A stretch of 64,000 bases of DNA, taken from an uncultured Thermoplasmata archaeon (GTDB lineage Archaea; Thermoplasmatota; Thermoplasmata; RBG-16-68-12). The stretch's first letter is position 1. The number at the start of each line of letters is the position of its first letter. This document shows, piece by piece, positions 37,839 through 46,065 of this stretch. The notes under the pieces were generated by a model. It worked only from the letters and a program-made list of their open reading frames with translations. It did no database searches and was not told where the DNA came from. The DNA is taken from contig CAVYJM010000011.1 in the NCBI GenBank assembly GCA_963768855.1, positions 96,001 through 160,000 of the forward strand. Reading direction: 5' to 3'. The position numbers and the translations under genes were made by a program.

Positions 37839-38684
37839 TCATTCGAGCTGGATGTGGTAGGTCCGCTCGGGCATCTCCTTGTGGATGACCCATGCCTGGT
37901 CCTCGGACATCACGCCCTTCTCGATCCACGCGAGCGTCTTCTTCGGGACCGTCGCGGGCCCCAGGACCGCGCCGGGCCGCCGCGGGTCGTCGATGTAGTC
38001 CGTTTCGAGGAGGAACTGGGGTCCCCCCTTCAACGCCTCGGACACAAGGGCCTCCTTGGCCAGGATCGACGGTACCAGGCCGTGGGTGTCCTCGGGTCTC
38101 GTGAAGGGGGGCGAATGATGTTTGACCACGCGGTTCCGGTCGAGTCCCGCCTTACTGGCGATCGCCGCGAACTCGGCGAAGGTCTCGGGCGTCGGGTCCT
38201 CCGTATGCAGGACGACCGCGCAGCCGAGGCGTTTCGCGGCCTCCATCGCGTACAGCATGACTTCGTTGCAGACCCGGATGATCTCCGGCCCGACGGGGAA
38301 GTGCGGACGGCCGATTTCCCCGATGGCCACCGCCTTCCCCTGGGCGATGTAGCGCGCCGCGAGGTCGAGCCCCTGCCGCATCGCGGCGACCGCGGCCTCG
38401 AGCCCCTGCACCTCCTTCAGATGGAGGCACTCTACCGGATAGGGGCCGAGTGCGACGAAGACCTGGAGATGGGTCGCCGCGCGAATCGCGTCGGCCATCG
38501 CGAGGGTCTTGCGGTACGCGCGGTCGTAGTCGAGGCCGTGGTTGATCGGCACGTCCTCGTAGGGGGAGTGGGTCAGGAGGAGCGCGGTGCCGCCGGCCTT
38601 CTCAAAGAGCTTCGCCCCTTCGACCCCGAGGAACTCGGGACGGAAGTGGATGTGGTTGTCGAAGATCGGCAGGCGGCTGGCCAT
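37839..38684 (-). CDS. TatD-family metal-dependent hydrolase
   Basis: DNHIH, IGEIGRPH, VVLHTE, VKHH, LETDYIDDP.RPG. Confidence 0.85.
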   Translation of the reverse strand: MASRLPIFDNHIHFRPEFLGVEGAKLFEKAGGTALLLTHSPYEDVPINHGLDYDRAYRKTLAMADAIRAATHLQVFVALGPYPVECLHLKEVQGLEAAVAAMRQGLDLAARYIAQGKAVAIGEIGRPHFPVGPEIIRVCNEVMLYAMEAAKRLGCAVVLHTEDPTPETFAEFAAIASKAGLDRNRVVKHHSPPFTRPEDTHGLVPSILAKEALVSEALKGGPQFLLETDYIDDPRRPGAVLGPATVPKKTLAWIEKGVMSEDQAWVIHKEMPERTYHIQLE

Positions 38685-38790
38685 CCGGGCTTTCCCTCTC
38701 GTCCGTCGAAGCCGGCGAGGGCGATAAAGCGTTCGCACTTACCCTGAAGGTTCGCTCGGAAGAACCGCTACCGCGGACCGTCTCCGGCTC

Positions 38791-39339
38791 TCAGCGCAAC
38801 AGGCCCGCAGCCTTGAGTTCGACCGTGATCTTCTCGACGGCCTGCTCGACGTCCGAGGGCTTGCGGGCACCCGTGCAGACGAGCTTGCCGCTGCCGAAGA
38901 GGAGGACGACGACCTTGGGCTCGTCGATGCGGTAGACGAGTCCGGGGAACTGCTCCGGCTCGTACTCGACCTTCTCAAGGCCCAGCGAGATCGCGATTGC
39001 GTTCAGGTTGATTTCGGTCCCGAGGTCCGAGGACGCGACGATATTCTGGACCTCGATCACCGGGTCCTTCTTGATAGGGATGCCCGCGGCCTCGATTTGC
39101 TTCGCGACGAGGTCGATCGCCGTCTTCACGTGCTCGAGGCTCTTCGCGCCCGTGCAGACCACCTTGCCGCTGCGGAACAGGAGCGTCGCCGTCTTGGGTT
39201 CCTTGAGGCGGTAGATCAGACCCGGGAACTGCTCCGGCTCGTACTCCGCGCCTCCGAGGGCGAGGGCGATTGCCTGGAGGTCCAGCTCCTCCCCGAGGGA
39301 GGTCGAAGCGACGACGTTCTCGATCTTGATCTTCGCCAA
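38791..39339 (-). CDS. tbp: TATA-box binding protein
   Basis: Two repeats of IENVVAS/VQNIVAS...EYEPEQFPGL..R...F.SGK.VCTGA; TTG start. Confidence 0.97.
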   Translation of the reverse strand: MAKIKIENVVASTSLGEELDLQAIALALGGAEYEPEQFPGLIYRLKEPKTATLLFRSGKVVCTGAKSLEHVKTAIDLVAKQIEAAGIPIKKDPVIEVQNIVASSDLGTEINLNAIAISLGLEKVEYEPEQFPGLVYRIDEPKVVVLLFGSGKLVCTGARKPSDVEQAVEKITVELKAAGLLR

Positions 39340-39469
39340 GGGAATGCCTCCGAGTGCACGAGGAGGCGGCCTCCTCGCGCGTTTGGCCTCTGGGGATTTA
39401 TATAGTCCTTTATAAAGCTTCAGCCCGTCCGTTCCGAATTCCCTCCCGAAAAGGCTCCTTTCGAGCGGC

Positions 39470-40378
39470 TCAACCCGGGCGGGCGTCGCCCGATTCGCGC
39501 GCGCGGACGAGCGCGTACAATGCGCGGTTGAGCGGGACTTCCAGCCGATGGCGGGCGGCGGCGCGGAGGATCGCGCCGGTGATCGCGTCGACCTCGGTGC
39601 GTCGATGGCGGTCCAAGTCCTGGAGCATGCTCGCCCGATTCGCCGCGGTCCGGCGCGCGATGAGGCGCGTCCGCCTCAGGACGTCCTCTGAGTCCAGGTG
39701 AGCTCCGTCGGCGAGCGCAACGGCAAGGGCCTCGCGGCCCACCGCGTCCATGAGGACGGCCAAGTCTCGGTCTTGGACGAGACGGCCGTTCGGCACTCCC
39801 GCGAGGGCTGCGATGGGATTGATCGACGCATTCACGACGACCTTGGCCCAAAGTTCCGAGGCGATGTCGTCCGCGACCTGCGTCCGGATGCCCGCTTCGT
39901 CGAGCAGGTCCCGGGCCCGGATCACGTCGCTTCTGTCCACGCCCTCCCACGCTCCAATCGTCGTGTCTCCGATCCCGGCGTGTCGTATCTCACCTGGGGC
40001 GAGGAACGTGACGCCGTGCGCAGTGGTCCCCGCAATCACGCGTCGCGCCGTCCGCGCGATGATCACAGGGTTGTCGAGGCCATTCTGCAGTGTGAGGAAA
40101 ACGGCCGAGTCCGTGAAGGGCTTGAGCCGAGTCATCGCCGCGGCGGTGTCGTACGCCTTCGTCGCGACAATGACCAGGTCCGGATGCGCTCCCGCGGGAA
40201 CGCGGGTTGCCGCGCGGGGATGCACGAGCCGTGTGGTCTTCCCCGTAATCCGGAGACCATGCGCCTCAATCGCTCGGACATTCTCCTTGCGACCCACCAG
40301 GAGGACCGGCTCACGGATCGAGAGGAGTCCGCCGATCAGACTCCCCATCGCTCCTGCGCCGAACACCAGGATTTCCAC
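39470..40378 (-). CDS. panE: 2-dehydropantoate 2-reductase
   Basis: GAGAMG, TKAYD, LQNG, W.K..VN..INP, SMLQD, TEVDAITG. Confidence 0.92.
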   Translation of the reverse strand: MEILVFGAGAMGSLIGGLLSIREPVLLVGRKENVRAIEAHGLRITGKTTRLVHPRAATRVPAGAHPDLVIVATKAYDTAAAMTRLKPFTDSAVFLTLQNGLDNPVIIARTARRVIAGTTAHGVTFLAPGEIRHAGIGDTTIGAWEGVDRSDVIRARDLLDEAGIRTQVADDIASELWAKVVVNASINPIAALAGVPNGRLVQDRDLAVLMDAVGREALAVALADGAHLDSEDVLRRTRLIARRTAANRASMLQDLDRHRRTEVDAITGAILRAAARHRLEVPLNRALYALVRARESGDARPG

Positions 40379-40433
40379 GCTTCTCGAGATGGGAGAACGG
40401 GACGAAAATGGTTTCGGCGTCGTCGAAATATCG

Positions 40434-40449
40434 TCAATTATATAATTGA
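40434..40449. promoter_or_regulatory. Perfect 16-bp AT-rich palindrome TCAATTATATAATTGA
   Basis: Contains TTATATAA readable on both strands; lies between divergent panE and the basic-peptide ORF. Confidence 0.6.
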
Positions 40450-40527
40450 TGCGCGATACAACATCGAATCGTGGCTCTCACTAAGTTTAAGTTCCGTCGC
40501 TCCATACGGTATCATAGGAGGAAGTTC

Positions 40528-40572
40528 TTGGCCAAGAAGGGCAAAAAGGGCAAGAAAGGAAAGAAGCGCTAG
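40528..40572 (+). CDS. 14-aa Lys/Gly peptide MAKKGKKGKKGKKR
   Basis: AGGAGG RBS at 40516-40521, 6 nt before the TTG; TTTAAG TATA upstream; TAG overlaps the convergent gene's TAG (CTAG); downstream hairpin and pyrimidine tract. Confidence 0.6.
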   Translation: MAKKGKKGKKGKKR

Positions 40573-41525
40573 ATGCCCTGAAGGCCTTGGGCAGGGGTCC
40601 GCCTCGCGGCGGGCATCCCTGACGCATTCCTTTCCTCGTTTTTCTTCCTCTTTCCCTCTTTTGATATTCGATCTGCTACGCGAAGCGGCTCGGGATACCG
40701 ATCCCTTGTGGCGCCCTGTGCGATTCGCAGCGCGGTGTCGAGTGTGATGCGATTCCCGACGGGCACGTAGAAGGCCCGGGACGCGCGCGCTGGGATCCAT
40801 GCGTATCCTTGCACGTCCCCTCCAATCTCGATGGGGACCGCCTCGTTCTCCAGGCGGTGCGGCCCGACCGGCTTTCCCACTAGCGGATGTTTCGCGATGC
40901 CGATGGTCGGGCTGTCCAGCGTCACGCCCGCGTAGCAGGCGAACCCGAATCGGATGGGATGAAGGCGGCCGTGTCCGTCGATCAACAGCACATCGGGCCT
41001 GTCCTTGAGTCCGTTGACCACCGCCTCGATCGCGGGCATCTCACGAAACGCCAGATAGGACGGGATATACGGGAAGTCGACTTCGAGTTCTCGTTCGGCC
41101 ACATCGAGGACTTCCAAACTCGCCGCATCGAGGGTGACCGCAGCCGCGAACGCCCGGTTCCCGATGTAAGCCACATCGGCGCCACCGAGCGTCCGCACAT
41201 GATGGAAATCGTCCGCCTCCTGCACACGCCTCGCGAGGCGTTCCTGCTCCGAGCGCAGTTCGGTCAGAAGGGGAATGCCCTCAAGGTGATCCACGAGACG
41301 GTCCGGGCGCACTCGGCCGACAGAGCGGCCTCCAGCGGGGCTCCCGTCCGCGCGGACGACCTTCCCCTCGGGGTCGAGGTCGGGGTGATCGACGAGCCAG
41401 GCGGCCACGGCTCGCGCAGCGCGGACGTCGCCGAGGGCCCGCGCCACCGTGCCATACGTCGCCGCTCTTCCAGGTGGGATTTCCCGGACGCAAGCCACGA
41501 GCGCTTCCGTGAATCGGTGCGCCAC
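40569..41525 (-). CDS. nfi: Alkyltransferase-like (MGMT/ATL) domain fused to endonuclease V
   Basis: N-term IPPG..ATYG.VA.ALG...AARAV. EndoV motifs GADVAY, PYIPSYLAFRE, LIDGHG.LHP, IGIAK, PEP.R.AD. Confidence 0.88.
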   Translation of the reverse strand: MAHRFTEALVACVREIPPGRAATYGTVARALGDVRAARAVAAWLVDHPDLDPEGKVVRADGSPAGGRSVGRVRPDRLVDHLEGIPLLTELRSEQERLARRVQEADDFHHVRTLGGADVAYIGNRAFAAAVTLDAASLEVLDVAERELEVDFPYIPSYLAFREMPAIEAVVNGLKDRPDVLLIDGHGRLHPIRFGFACYAGVTLDSPTIGIAKHPLVGKPVGPHRLENEAVPIEIGGDVQGYAWIPARASRAFYVPVGNRITLDTALRIAQGATRDRYPEPLRVADRISKEGKRKKNEERNASGMPAARRTPAQGLQGI

Positions 41526-41589
41526 GCCTCCCCGAAGGGGTCGGTCCCCACAAAACCTTTCTAGGCTTCCCCCCATCGGCCGCAATGCG

Positions 41590-42876
41590 ATGTCCCTCCT
41601 CCTGAAAGGCGGGCTTGTGGTCACCCAAGACCCAGACCGGCGTGTTGTGCGCGAAGACCTCTTCGTGGACGGAGGACGGATTGCCGCGATCGGGAATGCG
41701 CCCGAGCAGGCCGATGAAGTTCTCGACTGCCGCGGGTGCGCCGTGCTTCCCGGTCTCATCAATCTCCACCAGCATGCGGCGAACACCCTGCTGAGGGGCA
41801 TCGCCGACGACGTCCCCCTGGAGGAAATGCTCACGAAGTCCTTCGCGGTGGACGCGAAGTTCACCCGCCGGGACGTGCAGATCGGCGCGCTCCTCGGCTG
41901 TCTCGAGATGATCCGGTCCGGAACGACGAGCTTTCAGGACCTCTTCTACTGGGAGGACGAGGTGGCGCGCGCGGTGCGGGAATCCGGGATGCGCGGATTC
42001 CTCTCCTGGGTCACGCTCGACGAGGCCTTCACGACGCAGCACGGCAATCCGGTGAAGAACGCGGAAGCGTTCGTCGCGAAGCATCGCGGCGATCCGCTCA
42101 TCACGCCGTCCGTGGGCGTGCAGGGTGTCTATGTGGCCTCCGAGGAAACCTTCCTCCGGGCCAAGGAAGCCGCCGTCCGCCTCGATGCCCGTCTCCACGC
42201 TCACCTTTCCGAGACGCGCAAGGAGGTCTACGATCACGTTGCGAAGACGGGTCAGCGGCCGACGGAGTGGCTGGACCGGATCGGCTTCCTCGATGCGCGC
42301 CTCAACGTCGCCCACGGAGTCTGGCTCACCCTGAACGAGGTGCGCATCCTCGCCCGCCGAGGCGTGAGCGTGGCCCACTGCCCCGTCTCCAACATGAAGC
42401 TCGCGTCAGGCGGAGTCGCACCGGTCCCCGAGATGCTGCGGGAGGGCGTGTGCGTCGGCCTCGGGACCGACTCGGCGCTCTCGAACAACTCCGCGGACCT
42501 CTTCTCCGAGATGAAGACTGCATGCCTCCTCCACAAGGCGACGCGGTGGGACGCCCGCGAGATGCCCGCGCGGCTAGCGCTCGACATGGTGACGATCGAG
42601 GCGGCGAGGGCCTTGGGCGTCGGGGAGCGGATCGGTTCCCTGGAGGTCGGCAAGCGCGCCGACATCGCCGTGGTCTCGCTCCACCGACCGCACACCACGC
42701 CTTTTTATCCAGCCAACGTCATCAGTCATCTCGTCTACAGCAGCCGAGGGAGCGATGTCCAGACGACGATCGTGGACGGCCAGGTCCTCATGGCCGGGGG
42801 CGTGGTGCGGACGGTCGACGAGGACGCCATCCTGGAACGCGCCCAGGAGACCGCGCGAGAGCTCCTCGAGGCGTGA
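41590..42876 (+). CDS. mtaD: Amidohydrolase, MtaD/5'-deoxyadenosine deaminase-like
   Basis: PGLINLHQH, HLSET, AHGVWL, HCPVSNMKLASG, GLGTD, GSLEVGKRAD. Confidence 0.8.
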   Translation: MSLLLKGGLVVTQDPDRRVVREDLFVDGGRIAAIGNAPEQADEVLDCRGCAVLPGLINLHQHAANTLLRGIADDVPLEEMLTKSFAVDAKFTRRDVQIGALLGCLEMIRSGTTSFQDLFYWEDEVARAVRESGMRGFLSWVTLDEAFTTQHGNPVKNAEAFVAKHRGDPLITPSVGVQGVYVASEETFLRAKEAAVRLDARLHAHLSETRKEVYDHVAKTGQRPTEWLDRIGFLDARLNVAHGVWLTLNEVRILARRGVSVAHCPVSNMKLASGGVAPVPEMLREGVCVGLGTDSALSNNSADLFSEMKTACLLHKATRWDAREMPARLALDMVTIEAARALGVGERIGSLEVGKRADIAVVSLHRPHTTPFYPANVISHLVYSSRGSDVQTTIVDGQVLMAGGVVRTVDEDAILERAQETARELLEA

Positions 42877-42879
42877 TCC

Positions 42880-43536
42880 TTGATCTGTGGTGTGGACGAA
42901 GCGGGCCGGGGGCCGGTCCTCGGTCCCCTGGTTGTCGCGGGCGTGATGGTCGAGTCCGACGTTCCGCTTCGGCATCTCAACGTGCGTGACTCGAAGAAGC
43001 TGTCTCCGGAGCGGCGCGAGCTCCTCGCCCCAGAGATTGAGAAGGTCGCGAAGTGCGAGGTCGTCGTCGTTCCCGCGACGGACATCGACGTGATGCGGGC
43101 CCAGATGTCCCTCAACGAATTCGAGGCCCAGCTGTTCGCACGAATCGTCGAGCGGCTCCACCCGGAAACCGCCTACGTCGACGCGGTCGACGTCGACGAG
43201 ATCGAGTTCAAGCGCGACATCCTGAAGCTCGTGCCGTTCGAAGTGGAGATCGTGTCGCAGCACGAGGCGGACGATCTCTTCCCCGTCGTGAGCGCCGCCT
43301 CGATCGTCGCGAAGGTCCGCCGGGACTCCGAGATACGCCGCATCGAGGCGGAGATCGGGGAGCCCATCGGTTCCGGATACCCATCCGACCCGGTGACCAT
43401 CGCGTTCCTGGAAAAGTGGATTAACGAGAAGGGGTCTCCGCCGCCCCACACCCGGTTGACTTGGGACACGACGCGGCGCCTTCTTGCCGAGTCCAAGAAC
43501 CGGAAGCTGGACGAGTACGTGCGGGGCAAGCAATGA
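42880..43536 (+). CDS. rnhB: Ribonuclease HII
   Basis: GVDEAGRGPVLGP, DSKKL, VSAASIVAK, GSGYPSDP. Confidence 0.95.
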   Translation: MICGVDEAGRGPVLGPLVVAGVMVESDVPLRHLNVRDSKKLSPERRELLAPEIEKVAKCEVVVVPATDIDVMRAQMSLNEFEAQLFARIVERLHPETAYVDAVDVDEIEFKRDILKLVPFEVEIVSQHEADDLFPVVSAASIVAKVRRDSEIRRIEAEIGEPIGSGYPSDPVTIAFLEKWINEKGSPPPHTRLTWDTTRRLLAESKNRKLDEYVRGKQ

Positions 43537-43862
43537 AGGATCTCCTCGAGGCCCTGATCGCGAAGTTCAACGCGAAAGTCGATGCCGATTCGGCCCTGAG
43601 TGCCGAGATCGGCGACCTGCAGAGGACCGTGCTGATCGAGCTCTCGAACGGGACGAAGTGGCACTTCACCCTCAAGGACCGCCACGTCGCCGGCCTCTTG
43701 GACGGCGGCGTCGAGCGGCCCGACCTCGCGCTGCTCACGGACGAGGAGACCCTGCGGGGCCTCCTTCTCCGGGAGATCGGCCCGTTCAAGGCCTACGCGA
43801 CCGGGAAGCTGAAGTTCAAGGGGAGCCTCGACGACCTCCTCCGGTTCCGCAAGTTCTTCTGA
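43533..43862 (+). CDS. SCP2 sterol/lipid-binding domain protein
   Basis: PDLALLTDEETL..L......PFKAY.TGKLKFKG..DLL. Confidence 0.8.
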   Translation: MKDLLEALIAKFNAKVDADSALSAEIGDLQRTVLIELSNGTKWHFTLKDRHVAGLLDGGVERPDLALLTDEETLRGLLLREIGPFKAYATGKLKFKGSLDDLLRFRKFF

Positions 43863-43879
43863 GAGCCGTCCGCGATAGG

Positions 43880-43885
43880 TTTAAA
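43880..43885 (+). promoter_or_regulatory. TATA box of tRNA-iMet
   Basis: TTTAAA about 30 nt upstream of tRNA position 1. Confidence 0.7.
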
Positions 43886-43954
43886 CCCGAGGGGCCAATC
43901 CTCTCGAGCCGCGATAGCGGGGTGGGGTAGCCAGGATATCCCGTCGGGCTCATA

Positions 43955-43983
43955 CCCCGGGACTCCCGGGTCCCCGGTGAGAC
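43955..43983 (+). other. tRNA intron 1 (29 nt, canonical 37/38), BHB
   Basis: Central helix CTCA/TGAG; bulges TAC and ACA; lower helix CC-GGGAC/GTCCC-GG. Confidence 0.9.
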
Positions 43984-44005
43984 ACCCGGAGATCGATGGT
44001 TCAAA

Positions 44006-44037
44006 CGGTTCCGAGGACCTCCCTCGGTCCCTGAGAT
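44006..44037 (+). other. tRNA intron 2 (32 nt, T-loop 59/60), BHB
   Basis: Central helix TTCA/TGAG; bulges AAC and ATT; flanked by T-stem GATGG/CCATC and CCGAGG/CCTCGG. Confidence 0.88.
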
Positions 44038-44054
44038 TCCATCCCCCGCTATGC

Positions 44055-44062
44055 CTCTTTTT
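44055..44062 (+). terminator. Oligo-T terminator after tRNA-iMet
   Basis: CTCTTTTT immediately downstream of the tRNA. Confidence 0.5.
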
Positions 44063-44174
44063 GTGACCCGAAATCGCCTCGCGCCGTGCGAGGACCATCG
44101 CTACCATTGATTCTCAGGTCGCAACGTTTATCGTGGCACCCCTCGTCGGGCGGCCTATCTCTAGGCCGGAGCTT

Positions 44175-45257
44175 ATGGAACGGGTCAAGACAGGCGTCGA
44201 CGGCCTCGACGCAATGCTCAGCGGCGGGTTGCTTCCCGCGCGGCCCTATGTCATCTCGGGGCCGACGGGGAGCGGCAAGACGATCCTCGCAACACAGTTC
44301 CTGCTGGACGGGCTCAGGCGGAACGAGCCCTGCCTCCTCGTGACCCTCGACGAGCCGCCGATCGAGGTCAAGTCCAACATGGGGGTGTTCGGCTGGAATC
44401 TCGACCGGCTCAAGATCCTCGACGCTACGCCCGACGTGCGCGCGCACAAGCGTCAGCGCTCCGTGATCGACGTCGGGACGGCGCTCGACGTCCGGGACAT
44501 GGAGGACGTCAGCGACATCCGCCAGTCCTCCCAGATCCGGGCCCTCGAGGTGACCGTGCACAGCGTCCAGAAGATGATCAAGCAGGAGTTCTTCGGCCGA
44601 CTGGAGAAGACGAAGGAGCGCTACAAGCGCATCGTCATCGACTCGATGACCGCCCTGAAGATGTTCTCGATGAAAGGCGAAGACAGCCGTATCCTCATCC
44701 AATCCTTCATGCGCTTCCTCGCCGAGCTCGAGTCCACGACCCTGATCGTATCGGAGCACCTCGATCGCAAAGCGATCGAGACCGAGTTCTTCCTCAGCCG
44801 GGGCGAGGTCCGCCTCCACAAGTGGATCGACGGAGCGACCGTCCGGCGGGCCATCTCGATCGAGAAGTTCCGCGGCAGCCGGTTCGACGACCACATCCGG
44901 CCCCTCGCGATCACCTCGGGCGGGCTCGTCGTGTACCCGGACCAGCAGGTCGCGATGGTGAACGGCACGAGCGCGAAGGGGTCCGAGACCCTCCTCGAGA
45001 TGCGGATCATCGACGACGTGGCCAACGTGCTCGAGGCCGCCTTGCGCAAGGTCGACGAGGCCCAGCGGCGCCAAATTCCCATCAAGGACATTGAGGTCTC
45101 TCTCTCCCGCGCGATGCTCCACTTCCAGCGCAAGAACTACCAGAAGGCGCTGAAGCAGGCCCTGGCCTGCAACTCCGAGCTCGAGCAGCGCCTCGGGATC
45201 GTCCCGCCCCCGCCCGTGACTTCCGTTCCGCCGCCGCCGAAGGAGGTTGCGCCGTGA
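44175..45257 (+). CDS. KaiC/RAD55-like RecA-superfamily ATPase with C-terminal helical extension
   Basis: KTGVDGLD.ML.GG, GPTGSGKT, RIVIDS, IEKFRGS. Confidence 0.88.
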   Translation: MERVKTGVDGLDAMLSGGLLPARPYVISGPTGSGKTILATQFLLDGLRRNEPCLLVTLDEPPIEVKSNMGVFGWNLDRLKILDATPDVRAHKRQRSVIDVGTALDVRDMEDVSDIRQSSQIRALEVTVHSVQKMIKQEFFGRLEKTKERYKRIVIDSMTALKMFSMKGEDSRILIQSFMRFLAELESTTLIVSEHLDRKAIETEFFLSRGEVRLHKWIDGATVRRAISIEKFRGSRFDDHIRPLAITSGGLVVYPDQQVAMVNGTSAKGSETLLEMRIIDDVANVLEAALRKVDEAQRRQIPIKDIEVSLSRAMLHFQRKNYQKALKQALACNSELEQRLGIVPPPPVTSVPPPPKEVAP

Positions 45258-46042
45258 GCAGCGTCCCCAAGATCCGCACCGGCGTCCCGGGCCTCGACAA
45301 GATGCTCCACGGCGGCCTCGTGCCCGGACGTCCCTACATCCTCTCCGGACCGCCCGGGGCGGGGAAGACGATCACGAGCGTCCAGTTCCTCCGCGAGGGG
45401 CTCGAGGGCGGCGAGCGCTGCCTGTTCGTCGCGCTGGAGGAGCCGCCGAACGAGCTCAAGCTCAACATGCGTCCGTTCCGCTGGAACCTGGATGACCTGG
45501 AGGTCCTCGACGCAAACTCGGACATCCGACGGTTTGAGCCCACGCCTATCTTGGAGATCTCGACCGAAGAGGAGCCCGCGCGCCTGCGTGACCTGGACGA
45601 CCGGATCCGCAAGACGCCGGACTTCGAAAGCCGCGAGGTCACCGTGCACTCGCTCCAGCAGCTCTTGAAGAACATCTTCCTGAAGCGACAGTACCAGCGC
45701 GTCGTGATCGACTCGATCACCGCCCTGAAATACTTCTGTATGCGCGAATTCGAGGAGACCCTCACGACGCAGTCCTTCATGCGTTTCCTGGCGGAGTCCA
45801 AGGTCACCTCCCTCCTGACCCTCGAGCTCCCGGAGGAAGGCGAGGTCCCCCCCGAGGCGTTCTTGGCCCGCGGGGAAATCCGGCTCCACAAGTTCCGTGA
45901 CGACACCGGGATCAAGCGCTTCATCTCGATTGAGAAGTACAAGGGCTCGAGCCATGACGACGTCGTCTACCCGTTCGACATCACGAGCGGCGGAGTCGTG
46001 GTCCAGAGCGGCCCCTCGAAAGGCGTCGCCGCGGCCCTCTGA
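45254..46042 (+). CDS. KaiC/RAD55-like ATPase (second tandem copy)
   Basis: RTGVPGLD.ML.GG, GPPGAGKT, ALEE, RVVIDS, IEKYKGS; GTGA overlap with the first copy. Confidence 0.88.
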   Translation: MSSVPKIRTGVPGLDKMLHGGLVPGRPYILSGPPGAGKTITSVQFLREGLEGGERCLFVALEEPPNELKLNMRPFRWNLDDLEVLDANSDIRRFEPTPILEISTEEEPARLRDLDDRIRKTPDFESREVTVHSLQQLLKNIFLKRQYQRVVIDSITALKYFCMREFEETLTTQSFMRFLAESKVTSLLTLELPEEGEVPPEAFLARGEIRLHKFRDDTGIKRFISIEKYKGSSHDDVVYPFDITSGGVVVQSGPSKGVAAAL

Positions 46043-46065
46043 ACGGGCCCGCGCGCACCCCCGCC

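Larger units (their letters stand above)
43916..44051 (+). tRNA. Initiator tRNA-Met(CAT) with two introns (37/38 and 59/60)
   Basis: Exons 43916-43954, 43984-44005 and 44038-44051 join to AGCGGGG TG GGGTAGCCAGGATATCCC G TCGGG CTCATAA CCCGG AGATC GATGG TTCAAAT CCATC CCCCGCT A. It has A1:U72, three G:C pairs in the anticodon stem and a 7/7 acceptor stem. Confidence 0.93.

Noticed and set aside
38791-39339. Near-identical DNA repeat encoding EYEPEQFPGL twice
   Set aside because: This is the normal internal duplication of TBP.
40531-40566. AAG/GGC periodic repeat as a simple microsatellite
   Set aside because: Units vary at synonymous positions and sit behind an RBS, so it is treated as a coding peptide instead.
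44175-46042. True circadian KaiC or RadA/RadB recombinase
   Set aside because: Single-domain proteins without the KaiC Ser-Thr phosphosite motif, no kaiA/kaiB nearby, and no RadA N-terminal HhH domain.
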